From a virus: 64,000 nucleotides of DNA. Both the position numbers and the translations under genes were made by a program. The stretch lies in the IMG/VR virus record IMGVR_UViG_3300020391_000003, positions 120,325-184,324 of that record; one strand, 5' to 3'. The notes under the pieces are model-generated. The model saw nothing but the letters and a program-made list of their open reading frames with translations, was not told where the DNA came from and searched no databases. How positions within the stretch are numbered: position 1 is the first letter of the stretch; every line of letters begins with the position of its first letter. Below are positions 37,891 through 48,110 of the stretch, piece by piece.

Positions 37891-38514
37891 TTAATTATGT
37901 ACAAATAAAATTTTAGGTATTTTTTGAGTTTTATCAAGAGAAATATGTTGCAGACAGCCTTGAAAGAAGTTCCAGTCTGCTCCAAAACTTCTAAAGGGAA
38001 AACCTACTTTCATAGCTATATCCGATTTGACAGCAACGCAGCCCATGTCAATCCAAGTGTCTTTTAGTTGAGAATTTAATAAGCCATATCCACATATTCT
38101 ATCAAAATTAACATTTCGATGATTATGAATACAATCCCAATATATAAAATCTTTATCTTGATTGGCTAAATTATTAATATCGGACACCCAAATTGGTACA
38201 TAATAATTATCGCAATTAGTTATTGTAATATAAGGTGCATCTGAGATTCTATTTTGTAAACCATACTCACGCAATGGATGGCCCCATTTGTTGGTGCGAG
38301 TTTCAGTTGCAGACAATACAATTCTAGAATTATCTAAATATCCATTGCTAGATAAATCTTCTTTCAGATTTTCAAAAATTTCTCCAGCACCATCATGAAT
38401 AATGTGAAGACGCCAATTGGGACTTGTTTGAGACCGAATGCTATCAATAAAACATTTTAATTTGAAGCCATGGTCATAAGTAACAGCTATAATTTCTAAT
38501 ATAGGTTTGTTCAC
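37891..38514 (-). CDS. GT-A fold glycosyltransferase (GT2-like)
   Basis: IIAVTY, HIIHDG, TNCDNYY, ADW. Confidence 0.7.
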   Translation of the reverse strand: MNKPILEIIAVTYDHGFKLKCFIDSIRSQTSPNWRLHIIHDGAGEIFENLKEDLSSNGYLDNSRIVLSATETRTNKWGHPLREYGLQNRISDAPYITITNCDNYYVPIWVSDINNLANQDKDFIYWDCIHNHRNVNFDRICGYGLLNSQLKDTWIDMGCVAVKSDIAMKVGFPFRSFGADWNFFQGCLQHISLDKTQKIPKILFVHN

Positions 38515-39443
38515 ATCAATTCTTTTAATCCTTCCTCAAAATTTACACTAGGAGACCAATTCAATTCATCTTGAATTTTATTATTATCAATTGCATAACG
38601 CCAATCGTGACCTAATCTATCTTTCACAAACTCTATTTGGCTTTCATCCTTGCCTAGCAGTTTAAGAATGGTTTTAACGATATGAATGTTTCGCACTTCA
38701 TTTTTGCCGCCAATATTGTATACTTCACCAATTTTTCCTTCATGCAGAACTGCATCGATACCAGAGCAATGATCTGAAACATGAATCCAGTCGCGAATAT
38801 TTCTACCATCACCATAAACAGGAAGTTTTTTTCCTGCTTTAGCATTTTTAATTATTAATGGAATTAATTTCTCTGCATGTTGATTTGGCCCGTAATTGTT
38901 TGAGCAGCGAGTAATTAAAATAGGATAGCCAAAAGTCTCATAAAAACTGCGACATAATAAATCTGCGCTAGCCTTGCTTGCAGAATAAGGGCTATTAGCT
39001 TGTAACGGAGTGTTTTCAGTAAAAGCATCGTCTTCCTCAGTTAAACTGCCATATACCTCGTCTGTGGACACTTGAAGGTATCTCTCGACACTCGGGCAAT
39101 CGTGAAGCAAACTCAATAAAGAATGTGTTCCATTTATGTTAGTCTGTACGAAAGGAGTTGAGTCATTTATACTATTATCAACATGACTTTCCGCCGCAAA
39201 ATTAACTATGTAGTTTATATTGTTCGTCTGCACAAGACTTTTAATATAACTAGTATCATTTATATCTGATACTATTAATGAATACCTATTTGAGTTAGAT
39301 ATATCATCATGTATATTGTCAAAATTAGAGGCATATGTACGAGAATCTACATTAAATATTTTGTAGTCGTATTTATTAAATACATATTTAATAAAATTAC
39401 TTCCAATAAAACCTAAGCCTCCTGTTACTATGATTTTTTTCAT
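38511..39443 (-). CDS. rfbB: dTDP-glucose 4,6-dehydratase
   Basis: VTGGLGFIGSNF, NFAAESHVDNSI, VSTDEVYG, SPYSASKAS, RCSNNYGP, DRLGHD.RY. Confidence 0.92.
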   Translation of the reverse strand: MKKIIVTGGLGFIGSNFIKYVFNKYDYKIFNVDSRTYASNFDNIHDDISNSNRYSLIVSDINDTSYIKSLVQTNNINYIVNFAAESHVDNSINDSTPFVQTNINGTHSLLSLLHDCPSVERYLQVSTDEVYGSLTEEDDAFTENTPLQANSPYSASKASADLLCRSFYETFGYPILITRCSNNYGPNQHAEKLIPLIIKNAKAGKKLPVYGDGRNIRDWIHVSDHCSGIDAVLHEGKIGEVYNIGGKNEVRNIHIVKTILKLLGKDESQIEFVKDRLGHDWRYAIDNNKIQDELNWSPSVNFEEGLKELM

Positions 39444-39835
39444 TTTAACATTAGTATTGAATTTTTTGTTTCTTCTGTTATGGGAGATGGTAGGCAATTC
39501 TTTTCTATTTTAAAAAATCCCCACTCTTCATGCTCTACAGCATCTATAGCTTTTTGATCTGGAAATATTAAATCATCAACATCTGAATAAAAAACATAAA
39601 ATGTGCCTCCTTTATAATTTTCAAAATAAGTAAGAAATTCGATTGGTGAATTTAAAATAATATTTGTTTCTTCAAAGAATTCTCTTTTTGCAGCATCAAT
39701 AGGTTTTTCAAAATCTTCACACATACCACACGGCATTGACCAATATCCACCAAGGATTTCGCATGTTCTTGATCTTCTTCCTAGAAGAGCAAGATTGTTG
39801 AATCTTATAATTATTCCTGCAGAATTAATTTGCAT
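39440..39835 (-). CDS. NUDIX hydrolase
   Basis: W.MP.G..E..E.P.DAAKREFFEETN Nudix box. Confidence 0.85.
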   Translation of the reverse strand: MQINSAGIIIRFNNLALLGRRSRTCEILGGYWSMPCGMCEDFEKPIDAAKREFFEETNIILNSPIEFLTYFENYKGGTFYVFYSDVDDLIFPDQKAIDAVEHEEWGFFKIEKNCLPSPITEETKNSILMLK

Positions 39836-40901
39836 CCAAAAAATCTTCTATTTTTTCTTTATTGTTCCAATGTGGGCATCCTTCATATTTCATTTTAACT
39901 ATTTCGTCTCCTTCTTCTATTGTTAATTTATATTTTTCTTCTAAGAATGCTGTTTTTTTAAGGTTGCCATCTTTATCCTTCAATGCGTAGTATTCCATTG
40001 GTTTGCGATATGGACATATATAAGCTAATATAGGCTCTCCATTTTTATCTAGAATAGGCTCGCCTCTAGACATCTTATAACCATCTTTACCGCAAGCAAG
40101 CGGTCCTCCAAATGTTCCATCTTTTGGATAATCTTGCGTGGCAGCATAGTTACTCATTGCGGTATTTTTATCAAAATTATCTAAATAGTTTTGAAACTCT
40201 GTGAGTTGATATTCAAAGCCTTCTAATTCTTCTGGAGAAATTTTATCCATTTTTAAAAATCCTTTTCCGTAATTACCTAATAGATCTCTATCAAGATCAA
40301 ACCTTAAAAAAAGAAATTCGCTTTGAGGATTGCACTCTGGCATTAAGTGTTTGACCGCAAGGCAATATATTAAATTTTGTAAATTATCTGAAATCTCTTT
40401 TCCTTTAAAAACTGATTTACTGCTTTTGAAATCTCTGATTATTACAGAATTATCTTTATATACAAAAAGTTTATCTATGTACCCTCGAATTGCATACCTC
40501 TTAATTCCATCTTTAATTTCTAAGTCAAAAAACTTTTCGGATTCTGCATGCGTTGGTTTTTCTACTGTATCTCCAAAAAAATCGCATCGTAAGCCGTTGA
40601 CAATCATTTCATCAATCAAATCAAGATTTTCTTTATCGTTTACATTTAATTCTTCTGCTTCTTTGTTTACTTGACTTGCTACAGCTCTTGTGTTCCAGAT
40701 AGTTCCTTCTTTTACAATTTTATTAAATTCTCTTTTATGTTTATCTCCTAATAGTTCAAAGACGTTGTGGCATATAGTTCCTCTGCTTGATCCGTCATTA
40801 CCTGAATCAGGAAGCTTTAACTTATAATTGCACCAATAAGTCCATGAACAAGTTTGCGCAGTTTTTATTCTACTGGCGGAGAGTTTGGTTAATTCACTCA
40901 C
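39825..40901 (-). CDS. PD-(D/E)XK nuclease (RecB/Cas4-like exonuclease)
   Basis: LSASRIK..QTC, GTICH, IRGYIDKL, IRDFKSSK. Confidence 0.85.
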   Translation of the reverse strand: MSELTKLSASRIKTAQTCSWTYWCNYKLKLPDSGNDGSSRGTICHNVFELLGDKHKREFNKIVKEGTIWNTRAVASQVNKEAEELNVNDKENLDLIDEMIVNGLRCDFFGDTVEKPTHAESEKFFDLEIKDGIKRYAIRGYIDKLFVYKDNSVIIRDFKSSKSVFKGKEISDNLQNLIYCLAVKHLMPECNPQSEFLFLRFDLDRDLLGNYGKGFLKMDKISPEELEGFEYQLTEFQNYLDNFDKNTAMSNYAATQDYPKDGTFGGPLACGKDGYKMSRGEPILDKNGEPILAYICPYRKPMEYYALKDKDGNLKKTAFLEEKYKLTIEEGDEIVKMKYEGCPHWNNKEKIEDFLDAN

Positions 40902-41928
40902 TACTAATTATTTTTACATTTTTTAGCAATGTTTTTGGTATATTTTTATGTATATTGTTTATTTTTTTTAATATAAATTTTTGTTGATTATTTGGATCTG
41001 TAGATTGTAGCTTGTTTGACCATTTTTTAAATTCTTCTTGATTCATATCTCCAAAGTCTTTTTGAAGTGGGAGGCATATTACAATTTTATGCGGATCATA
41101 ATAATTTAATAATCTAAGATAATTTTTGATGCTGGCTTCTAAGCCACGATTTCTAGACGAAGAGATGTCATTATTTAAGCTGACAACAATTTTTTCAACA
41201 TTTAAAGAAAGACTTGCGCAGATAACTTTTGTTGATATATCTAAGCCAAAAGTAACAATAACATTGTGAAAGCCATTTTCATGTAGATTTAACATATCTC
41301 CAATACTTTCAACAAAAATTATTTCTGATGTTTTGTTTATGGATTCTAATGTTTTTTTATTTACATATAAGGGGTATATCCAGCTTTTCTTTTTTCCGAC
41401 ATGTTTCCATTTGGGTCTAGAGCTAGAGCTTTGCATATCTCTACCGGAAAAGCCGTGAATTTGTTTATGCTCATTGTATATTGGAAATACGAATCTATTA
41501 TTTAATTTTCCGCTTGTTGCATATCCACCCTTAAGTGGAATGAGGGTATCATTAGAAATCGCTTTATCGTTATAAAATTTATAGTGAGGAAGAAGCCTAT
41601 CAAGGCAACTCTCTGGGTATATTTCGTCCATTTCTAATTTTTCTGAAAATTGAAGTTTATTATAATTTGCGCCAATATCTTCTTCATCTATATATTGGTT
41701 GACAGATTTAGGGTCATTTGTTCCAAGAGTAATTTCAACTAATCTTTTAAATGGAGAGAATTGACTTTCAGCAACATGATCTTTCCATACTCCTGTGTTT
41801 TTATATATTTGTATGGCTGTTTTATTATCTCCATTTCTGAAAATAGCATTAGTCTGCCAGTAAGAACCTCTATCTGCCAGTTTATACCCTAGTTGAACTA
41901 GAGAATCTTTTATCTTTTCTGGGCTCAT
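40894..41928 (-). CDS. DNA primase (DnaG-type TOPRIM)
   Basis: RFVFPIYN...GFSGR, PKWK, FVESIGD, SLNND, KDFGD. Confidence 0.85.
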   Translation of the reverse strand: MSPEKIKDSLVQLGYKLADRGSYWQTNAIFRNGDNKTAIQIYKNTGVWKDHVAESQFSPFKRLVEITLGTNDPKSVNQYIDEEDIGANYNKLQFSEKLEMDEIYPESCLDRLLPHYKFYNDKAISNDTLIPLKGGYATSGKLNNRFVFPIYNEHKQIHGFSGRDMQSSSSRPKWKHVGKKKSWIYPLYVNKKTLESINKTSEIIFVESIGDMLNLHENGFHNVIVTFGLDISTKVICASLSLNVEKIVVSLNNDISSSRNRGLEASIKNYLRLLNYYDPHKIVICLPLQKDFGDMNQEEFKKWSNKLQSTDPNNQQKFILKKINNIHKNIPKTLLKNVKIISSE

Positions 41929-43442
41929 TAAATATCGGGGACTTCATCTCCTCTTTCAATAAGAACGCCAACTCCTTCCGATTCTATATGGTCAACCATG
42001 TCTTGAAGGTCTCCTTTTTCTGTGATTGAAAAATTTTCTAAATTTAAATTGATATAGTTTTTTCTTTTGCTTCCATCTGGCATTTCTATAGGTTGTAGGG
42101 CTCTATGTACATCTTTGCCTAGCCATCTGTACTTTAGGCAAATGAGTTTATGAGTGCCAAAGTCTTCAGGTTCATCTTGAATTTCATCCATTGTTTTTTG
42201 TCTTAATAAAAATAAGTGAGAGCAAAATTGTGTAATTTGATCGGATAAAGAAACTATACTTTCGTCATCTACTACATTGTCTGAATTTCTATTATTGGTA
42301 ATTCCTAGGCGATTGCTCTGGACACTTGTGAGCATAGATACTGCAGGCTTGTCATTGAAACATAATTCTTTTTGAATTAATTGCTTGAATTTATCAACCA
42401 TTCTTCCCACAGTTTCCCAGCTACTCGTTCCATTCTGGCGCTCATAGGTAGTTTTAATATAGTCGAAACTAAAAATCATCTGGTTTCCTCTGCCAACCTC
42501 GGAATAATAAAACCTTCTTATTATATTCAACATGCTATCTATGGAGTGTCCTGCAACATTGTAGTAATAAAACTTGAATTTTTTAACCTTCTTCCAGGTA
42601 TCTCTTACTTTTTCTATAATTTCTTCTCCAGCTTGACGCCATCGACCAGTTTCAAGCAAATGCATGGGCACTCCAGAAAGTGCAGAACACTGCCTAACAA
42701 TTAACTCTTCTTTGCTCATTTCTCCATTGTCAAAATGAAGTACAGGAATATTGTTATTTATCTCTGAAACTTTTGTGCAGAAATCCATACAAAATTGTGT
42801 CTTACCAACTCCTGCTCTAGCTACAACAACCGCTATATTTCCTGGTCTAAACAAAGAACCATAAAGTTCATTTAATCGAGGATGAGGCCCCATTAATCCA
42901 AATTCATCAATTGGATTATTGCCTCTTTCTTCAATAAAATCTTCCATGTCATCAAAAAGATTCTCTGGCTTGCTTGAGCCCATCTCGTATAGATTTATTT
43001 TATCGTTGTATATTTTGTCTGCTTCGCTTACAATGTCATCAAAACTGGCGCTTGAAGGCATGCTCTTCATATTTTTTGCAACTTGTAAAGATGCATTGTG
43101 TATCTCTCTTCTTACCGTAATTTTCTTCAACTCTTGCGCGGCTTTTAAAACTCCTTCTTTGGATATCTGTCTCATGGATAGAGCTTTAATGTAGTCTGAA
43201 ATGTTAATATTATCTTCAAAGGAAATATTTAAAGACTGAACTCTTTGAGCTAGCAGAACTTCGTCTAGTGCATCTCCCAATTCAAGTGATTGCCTTAACA
43301 CACAAAAAATAGTTTTATTAACAATAGTGTTTTTATCAAAGAAATCGTCTTGATTTATGAAAGATGCTATTAGTGGATAGCTTTCTGGGTATTTTATAAG
43401 TCCAGCTATTAGATGCTGCTCTAGTTCGTGTGAATTTACCAT
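41928..43442 (-). CDS. dnaB: Replicative DNA helicase (DnaB family)
   Basis: ARAGVGKT Walker A, FDNGEM, FDYIK, SVQSNR, KYR. Confidence 0.88.
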   Translation of the reverse strand: MVNSHELEQHLIAGLIKYPESYPLIASFINQDDFFDKNTIVNKTIFCVLRQSLELGDALDEVLLAQRVQSLNISFEDNINISDYIKALSMRQISKEGVLKAAQELKKITVRREIHNASLQVAKNMKSMPSSASFDDIVSEADKIYNDKINLYEMGSSKPENLFDDMEDFIEERGNNPIDEFGLMGPHPRLNELYGSLFRPGNIAVVVARAGVGKTQFCMDFCTKVSEINNNIPVLHFDNGEMSKEELIVRQCSALSGVPMHLLETGRWRQAGEEIIEKVRDTWKKVKKFKFYYYNVAGHSIDSMLNIIRRFYYSEVGRGNQMIFSFDYIKTTYERQNGTSSWETVGRMVDKFKQLIQKELCFNDKPAVSMLTSVQSNRLGITNNRNSDNVVDDESIVSLSDQITQFCSHLFLLRQKTMDEIQDEPEDFGTHKLICLKYRWLGKDVHRALQPIEMPDGSKRKNYINLNLENFSITEKGDLQDMVDHIESEGVGVLIERGDEVPDI

Positions 43443-43448
43443 GCAAGA

Positions 43449-43477
43449 ATGGTATCATAATAAATAAGAAATGTCAA
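43449..43477 (-). promoter_or_regulatory. sigma70-like promoter for the dnaB operon
   Basis: TTGACA, 17 nt, TACCAT with TGn extension; ATG 6 nt downstream. Confidence 0.75.
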
Positions 43478-43755
43478 GGCATTTCTTCGTCACCAACATC
43501 GCCACCGGAATTCAATTCAATTTCTTGTGCAGCTAGTTGATCGAGATATTGCTCTAAAGCTTTTCTCAGTCCCATTTCTACAATTGGGGAAGATGCTTTG
43601 GTAATGACCGAGGGCAACCCATCTTGATTAACAAAAGATAATATAAAACCGCTATCACCAGAGCTTGATCCAGAAAACTCAAAGAGTTGACTGAGTATAT
43701 TTTCTGGCAAGTGAAATTTTGATAAATTTTCTGGGTCAATAAATTCGTCGCTCAT
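43474..43755 (-). CDS. Acidic hypothetical protein
   Basis: 93-aa ORF; GTGTA 9 nt upstream. Confidence 0.65.
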   Translation of the reverse strand: MSDEFIDPENLSKFHLPENILSQLFEFSGSSSGDSGFILSFVNQDGLPSVITKASSPIVEMGLRKALEQYLDQLAAQEIELNSGGDVGDEEMP

Positions 43756-43772
43756 ATTCTATATTACACTAA

Positions 43773-44183
43773 CTATAGATTAACTCCAAAATTAGAGAAT
43801 AAACTTTTGTTAAGCTTGTCTCCGTCGTAAATCTCAACAAGTTGTATATTGTTTATCTCGCAAAATTTTAATTTATCTCTATCTCTTTTTAATTGATTTA
43901 GGTAGTTAATTTTATTGGAACCATGAAAAAACGGAACATATTTTGTGTGCTGCTTGCCTTGAACTTCGACAGCTATTTTTTTATTTGCATTATAAAAATC
44001 TAATGAAAGTTTTGTTCCTGCAACGGGAAACTCTTCAAAAACAATATGATTGCTCCAATGCTTTTTTAAAAATTGCTTGGCTTGAAATTGAATTTTACTT
44101 CTGCTTTCACCGTCCCAATCTATTAAGTAGGATCTAGCTTTTTTAACAGTTCTTTCAGCGCCAGTTAAAGTCTTAAAGCGCAT
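43773..44183 (-). CDS. Vsr/DUF559-like endonuclease
   Basis: LSLDFY..KKIAVEVQGKQH...RD..K..C..N.I. Confidence 0.7.
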   Translation of the reverse strand: MRFKTLTGAERTVKKARSYLIDWDGESRSKIQFQAKQFLKKHWSNHIVFEEFPVAGTKLSLDFYNANKKIAVEVQGKQHTKYVPFFHGSNKINYLNQLKRDRDKLKFCEINNIQLVEIYDGDKLNKSLFSNFGVNL

Positions 44184-45279
44184 TAGTTAGGTTTTTAAAA
44201 TCTTTATACAAGAAGTCGCAGAGCTTTTCGTTTTCTTCCAAGAATTCCACTAACCTTAATTCTCCCTGAAATTTTTCATTAATTTTAATTTTCTTGCCAG
44301 CTAGTTCTTTTACTAAATCTTCTGAGACTGTAATCCATGCTCCTTTTTTAACTATAAGATTAAACAAGTAAAGCATGTCAAGTATTTCTCTTGCCCTCCA
44401 AACTGACTTTCCATCTTTTTGCCCATATTGAATTGGATATCTTACTGTCGAGCCAGTTTTTTCATTTATACTTTTCCTGAATTTTACTTTACAATAGTGA
44501 CCTATTGGCTCTCCCTTTTCGTCTATTCTTGTTGCAGTTGGGTTTTTATATATGAGATCTGAGGCGAATCTTTCTTCAAACTCTAAAATAAAATTGGCAT
44601 AATGTTTTATTGCATTTCCACCTGCTTGTTTTACTCTTGGGCCTCCACGCGCAGCGTATGGATTCGTTGCTACCTCGACCCTAACCTGACTAGTCAAGAT
44701 CATTGTGTGCCCCATTTTAGTGATAGGAAGAACCATTTTCTTTAAGAAAACAGAAGTAATTAGCGCTCCTCCTGCAACTTGTTCTGATTCGGCGAAAGGC
44801 TTATCTATATCTCCTACCCTGCATAAAGCATCTACGCTATCAATTATGAACATATATTTTTTGTCATGCTCATTGTTAAAAACAAGTTCTCTAATTAACT
44901 CGAAAACTTTTTCAAAAATATTGCAATCAAACACAAAAAACTTTTCAGGATTTGTATCAATACCTGAGCGTTCTATCATCTCTTTACTAAATCTGCCTTC
45001 GCTTTTGATGTAAATAATCATACCATTTTTATCGAAATGGTTTTGGAAATTTTTTGCAAATGCCATTGCACAACTAGTTTTTCCGCCTTCGTTGATTCCT
45101 GTGAACCTATGTGCTCCGCTTGGTAGGCCTCCGCCCAAAGCTATGTCTAGGTTAAGGCTTCCGCTTGATATTTTATATTCTTCGCTTTCGTGAAAGTTAT
45201 AGTGATACTTTTGGTTATCTTTGTCAGAAAGAAACTTTGCTATCTGTTCGGTTGTTTGAATGTCTTTAGTTTTGCTCAT
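44173..45279 (-). CDS. RecA/UvsX-like recombinase
   Basis: SSGSLNLDIALGGGLP, GINEGGKTS, IIDSV, TSQVR, GGNAIKHY. Confidence 0.88.
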   Translation of the reverse strand: MSKTKDIQTTEQIAKFLSDKDNQKYHYNFHESEEYKISSGSLNLDIALGGGLPSGAHRFTGINEGGKTSCAMAFAKNFQNHFDKNGMIIYIKSEGRFSKEMIERSGIDTNPEKFFVFDCNIFEKVFELIRELVFNNEHDKKYMFIIDSVDALCRVGDIDKPFAESEQVAGGALITSVFLKKMVLPITKMGHTMILTSQVRVEVATNPYAARGGPRVKQAGGNAIKHYANFILEFEERFASDLIYKNPTATRIDEKGEPIGHYCKVKFRKSINEKTGSTVRYPIQYGQKDGKSVWRAREILDMLYLFNLIVKKGAWITVSEDLVKELAGKKIKINEKFQGELRLVEFLEENEKLCDFLYKDFKNLTNAL

Positions 45280-45604
45280 CTATAAATTGTCTGATTGTTT
45301 TTAATTTTTTCGAAATTATTTTGTCTTTTCCCTGTTTTTTTCCTATTGGAATTTCAACCTTCTCAGGTATTTTATAATTAAATTCTTTATACTTTTTTGA
45401 TAGTATGTTTAGTCCGTGACCAGATCTTAATACTGCTAAAGAGGGAACTTTATCTAGGGTAACCCTTTGCCAGAAATCTTCTGACTTGAACATATTCATT
45501 AGATCATTGAGAATTTTCATTTCTCTAGCCCAAAACATTCTCTTTTGGGTTGATGGCTCAGTAACAATTTTTTTAATTATATTTCTTTTGTTGAGTTTTT
45601 TCAC
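45266..45604 (-). CDS. Basic hypothetical protein
   Basis: GTG start 6 nt after the -10 box. Confidence 0.65.
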   Translation of the reverse strand: MKKLNKRNIIKKIVTEPSTQKRMFWAREMKILNDLMNMFKSEDFWQRVTLDKVPSLAVLRSGHGLNILSKKYKEFNYKIPEKVEIPIGKKQGKDKIISKKLKTIRQFIDEQN

Positions 45605-45610
45605 CCATCA

Positions 45611-45639
45611 AGTATAACTTAATTTGTATAAAAAGTCAA
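45611..45639 (-). promoter_or_regulatory. sigma70-like promoter for the recombinase operon
   Basis: TTGACT, 17 nt, TATACT. Confidence 0.75.
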
Positions 45640-47648
45640 GCTTTATATTTATACTTGGGTTTTATATTGTGGTAAGTTCTATTGTCAACATGTTGGTCTA
45701 CTAAATTTTTAATCATAGAATTAAATATACTTTCTTTAGTTGATGGGTCTTTACCTATATCTGCCAAATCTATTTTATCTGAAATGTCTGAAAATTTATA
45801 TATATCCTCTTTTGTAAAATTATTTAATCTTTCAAAGCAGTGATGGCCAGAGTGCTTACATGGTACTTCTAGTAAATATCTTCCATTAGGTAAAATCGAG
45901 CATGTAATAATTGATATTTTACGATTTTTAATTTCAATATTTTCTTTTAATAATTGATTTTTCTGAGTGGTGAGTTCAGATATTTTATTCTCTAGTTCTG
46001 TATTTGGATTAATATTAACTTCTTGACTTTTATTTAAAAGCTGTTTTTCTAAATTAATATTTTTAATATAAAGATCTTCTTTTTCTTGCTCGAGGGCTGT
46101 TACTTGATTTTTTATTTCCGATAAAGCATTGGCACTCACACATATTTCAGATTTTAATTCGTCGATTGCATTTGATTGAGACTTATGGGAAATCATGATT
46201 TCTTTTATTTCGGAAACGTTTTTTGCGGCTTCATCTGCTTTGTTCAGTAGTTTGGCTTTACTAATTTTTATTTGCTTAATGTCATTTTCGGCAATTGTTT
46301 TTTGTTTTATTAGCTCTTCAATTTCTTTAGATACAACCGAGGAGTCTTCTTTTTTTATTATTTCTTGCTGACATTGTATTTTAATTTTTCTGAGTTCTTC
46401 TTTGGCTGCAGAAACTTCTTTTTGGTATTTTTGTACTTGATTCTCCTTTAGTGAAAGTATCTTACTTTCTTGGTCTATATCTTTTTGTTTTTCTTCAAGA
46501 TCAATTTGTTGCCTATCTAATTCTTTGATTTTAAGTTCAATTTCAGTTGACTTTTCAAATACAACAGTTTCATCTTGCATGGCTTTAGGAAACCTTTTGG
46601 ATAAACTAATGTGAGCCGCAAGAACCAGAAGAATAGCTAGAGGATCAAAAACGAAAATTAATATAATTATTACTATTCTTACAGCTTTCCCCATATCAAA
46701 TTGCATACCTGTAAAGTCCGCAATTAATTCTGCCACATATTTTATTGGCCCAATCTCGGCTTCTAGTTGTCTGGAGCCATCATCTAGCTCAAATTTTTCA
46801 CGTTCTAGATTGTCAATAATATTTAGAGCTTCAGAAATATTACGATTTAATTCTTCTATTTTTAATTCTGTATCTTCTGGCTTTTGAAATCCTATGGTTT
46901 GATATTCTTGTATTCTTTGTCTTATGTCTGAAATAATGGAAGATGTTTCATCTCTATATTTAGAAATTCTTGATTCTATTTCTTGTTTTTTAGTTTTAAG
47001 TTCTTCTCGCTCTGTAGCTTGCTCGGTTACTTTATCCTCTATCTTTTTCTTTTTGTTTGAAAATAAACCTCCAGGCCCATTTTTGACTTCATTCAATTCT
47101 TGGTTTAGTTCGTTAATTCTTGCTTGTATTGGATCAAGCATTTTGCTGTCAAGAGCTATATCTTTTTCTAGCTGTTCTGTAAGTTGGGATATTTTCTTCT
47201 GCTCCAATTCAATGTTGTCTGAGCTTTTATCTGATAGGTTTCGGTTTTTATCTTCGTTTTGAGCTATCAACTCTTTTTGCCTAGAAATATAATCTTGTTG
47301 TCTTGATATTTTTGTTTCAACCTGCTGAACTAAAGCTTGTGCTTTTTCGCTATTTTGCTCGTGTTCTATATGAGATTTAGATAAAAAACCAAAGATTCCC
47401 ATGCTTGTTATTCCCATCAAAACAACAATAGCTGAAAATAAATAAATTTTTATCATCTTAGGCGCAGACTTCCAGTTCTTGTGAAGCCATATTGCTGCTA
47501 TAATTTTACCAACTTCAAGAGCTGATCCCATAGCTATCACTGCGGCAATAGAACCTGGGAATATTGTGGCAAGACCAATAATACTAAAATATGCTGCTAT
47601 GCAAGATATGCTTAGCGCAGAAACAAGAGTCAAGATCGCGAAGATCAT
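45636..47648 (-). CDS. Multi-TM membrane protein with long coiled coils
   Basis: Three N-terminal TM segments (AAYFSIIGLATIF, LEVGK, MGIFGFLSK), GPIKY..VFDPLAILL fourth TM, heptad-rich remainder. Confidence 0.7.
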   Translation of the reverse strand: MIFAILTLVSALSISCIAAYFSIIGLATIFPGSIAAVIAMGSALEVGKIIAAIWLHKNWKSAPKMIKIYLFSAIVVLMGITSMGIFGFLSKSHIEHEQNSEKAQALVQQVETKISRQQDYISRQKELIAQNEDKNRNLSDKSSDNIELEQKKISQLTEQLEKDIALDSKMLDPIQARINELNQELNEVKNGPGGLFSNKKKKIEDKVTEQATEREELKTKKQEIESRISKYRDETSSIISDIRQRIQEYQTIGFQKPEDTELKIEELNRNISEALNIIDNLEREKFELDDGSRQLEAEIGPIKYVAELIADFTGMQFDMGKAVRIVIIILIFVFDPLAILLVLAAHISLSKRFPKAMQDETVVFEKSTEIELKIKELDRQQIDLEEKQKDIDQESKILSLKENQVQKYQKEVSAAKEELRKIKIQCQQEIIKKEDSSVVSKEIEELIKQKTIAENDIKQIKISKAKLLNKADEAAKNVSEIKEIMISHKSQSNAIDELKSEICVSANALSEIKNQVTALEQEKEDLYIKNINLEKQLLNKSQEVNINPNTELENKISELTTQKNQLLKENIEIKNRKISIITCSILPNGRYLLEVPCKHSGHHCFERLNNFTKEDIYKFSDISDKIDLADIGKDPSTKESIFNSMIKNLVDQHVDNRTYHNIKPKYKYKA

Positions 47649-47884
47649 TACGGTTTATAGTTTGAGTTTGGTGGCTGTATTTTGTTTGGTAGATCTATCG
47701 TTGACGAGCTTGGTCTATTAGAGTTTGCAAAATCACCTTTATTGTCATTACCGTAGTAACCTTTTTCGCCTTTTTTCAGAGAAGGATCGTTTTTTTGTTG
47801 GCTGGGATAGTCATATTGACTTGGTGAAGCCTCCCTGTTGTCGTTTGGGTATCTGAAGTTAGGATCTTGGTTTGGATTGCTCAT
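47648..47884 (-). CDS. Low-complexity hypothetical protein
   Basis: 78 aa, Asn/Pro-rich; GTGTA 9 nt upstream. Confidence 0.55.
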   Translation of the reverse strand: MSNPNQDPNFRYPNDNREASPSQYDYPSQQKNDPSLKKGEKGYYGNDNKGDFANSNRPSSSTIDLPNKIQPPNSNYKP

Positions 47885-47899
47885 TTTAATATATACACT

Positions 47900-48079
47900 T
47901 TATTCTTCAATCAATTCAGTCATTTTAACTGTAATCATTTGACCATTATCTAGTTCAATAACAGCAAAAACTGCGCCATCCTCCGCGCCACCAAGTTCTT
48001 CATATTCGTTTATGACAGTGCCACCAATTTCTCCATTTTCTGTAGAAACTATACATCTTTTTCTTTTTTTATCAGACAT
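47900..48079 (-). CDS. 59-aa hypothetical protein missing from the ORF track (MSDKKRKRCIV...MTELIEE)
   Basis: Translated by hand; GTGTA 9 nt upstream of the ATG. Confidence 0.7.
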   Translation of the reverse strand: MSDKKRKRCIVSTENGEIGGTVINEYEELGGAEDGAVFAVIELDNGQMITVKMTELIEE

Positions 48080-48110
48080 ATTTATGTATACACTATTTAT
48101 GGTTTACGGA

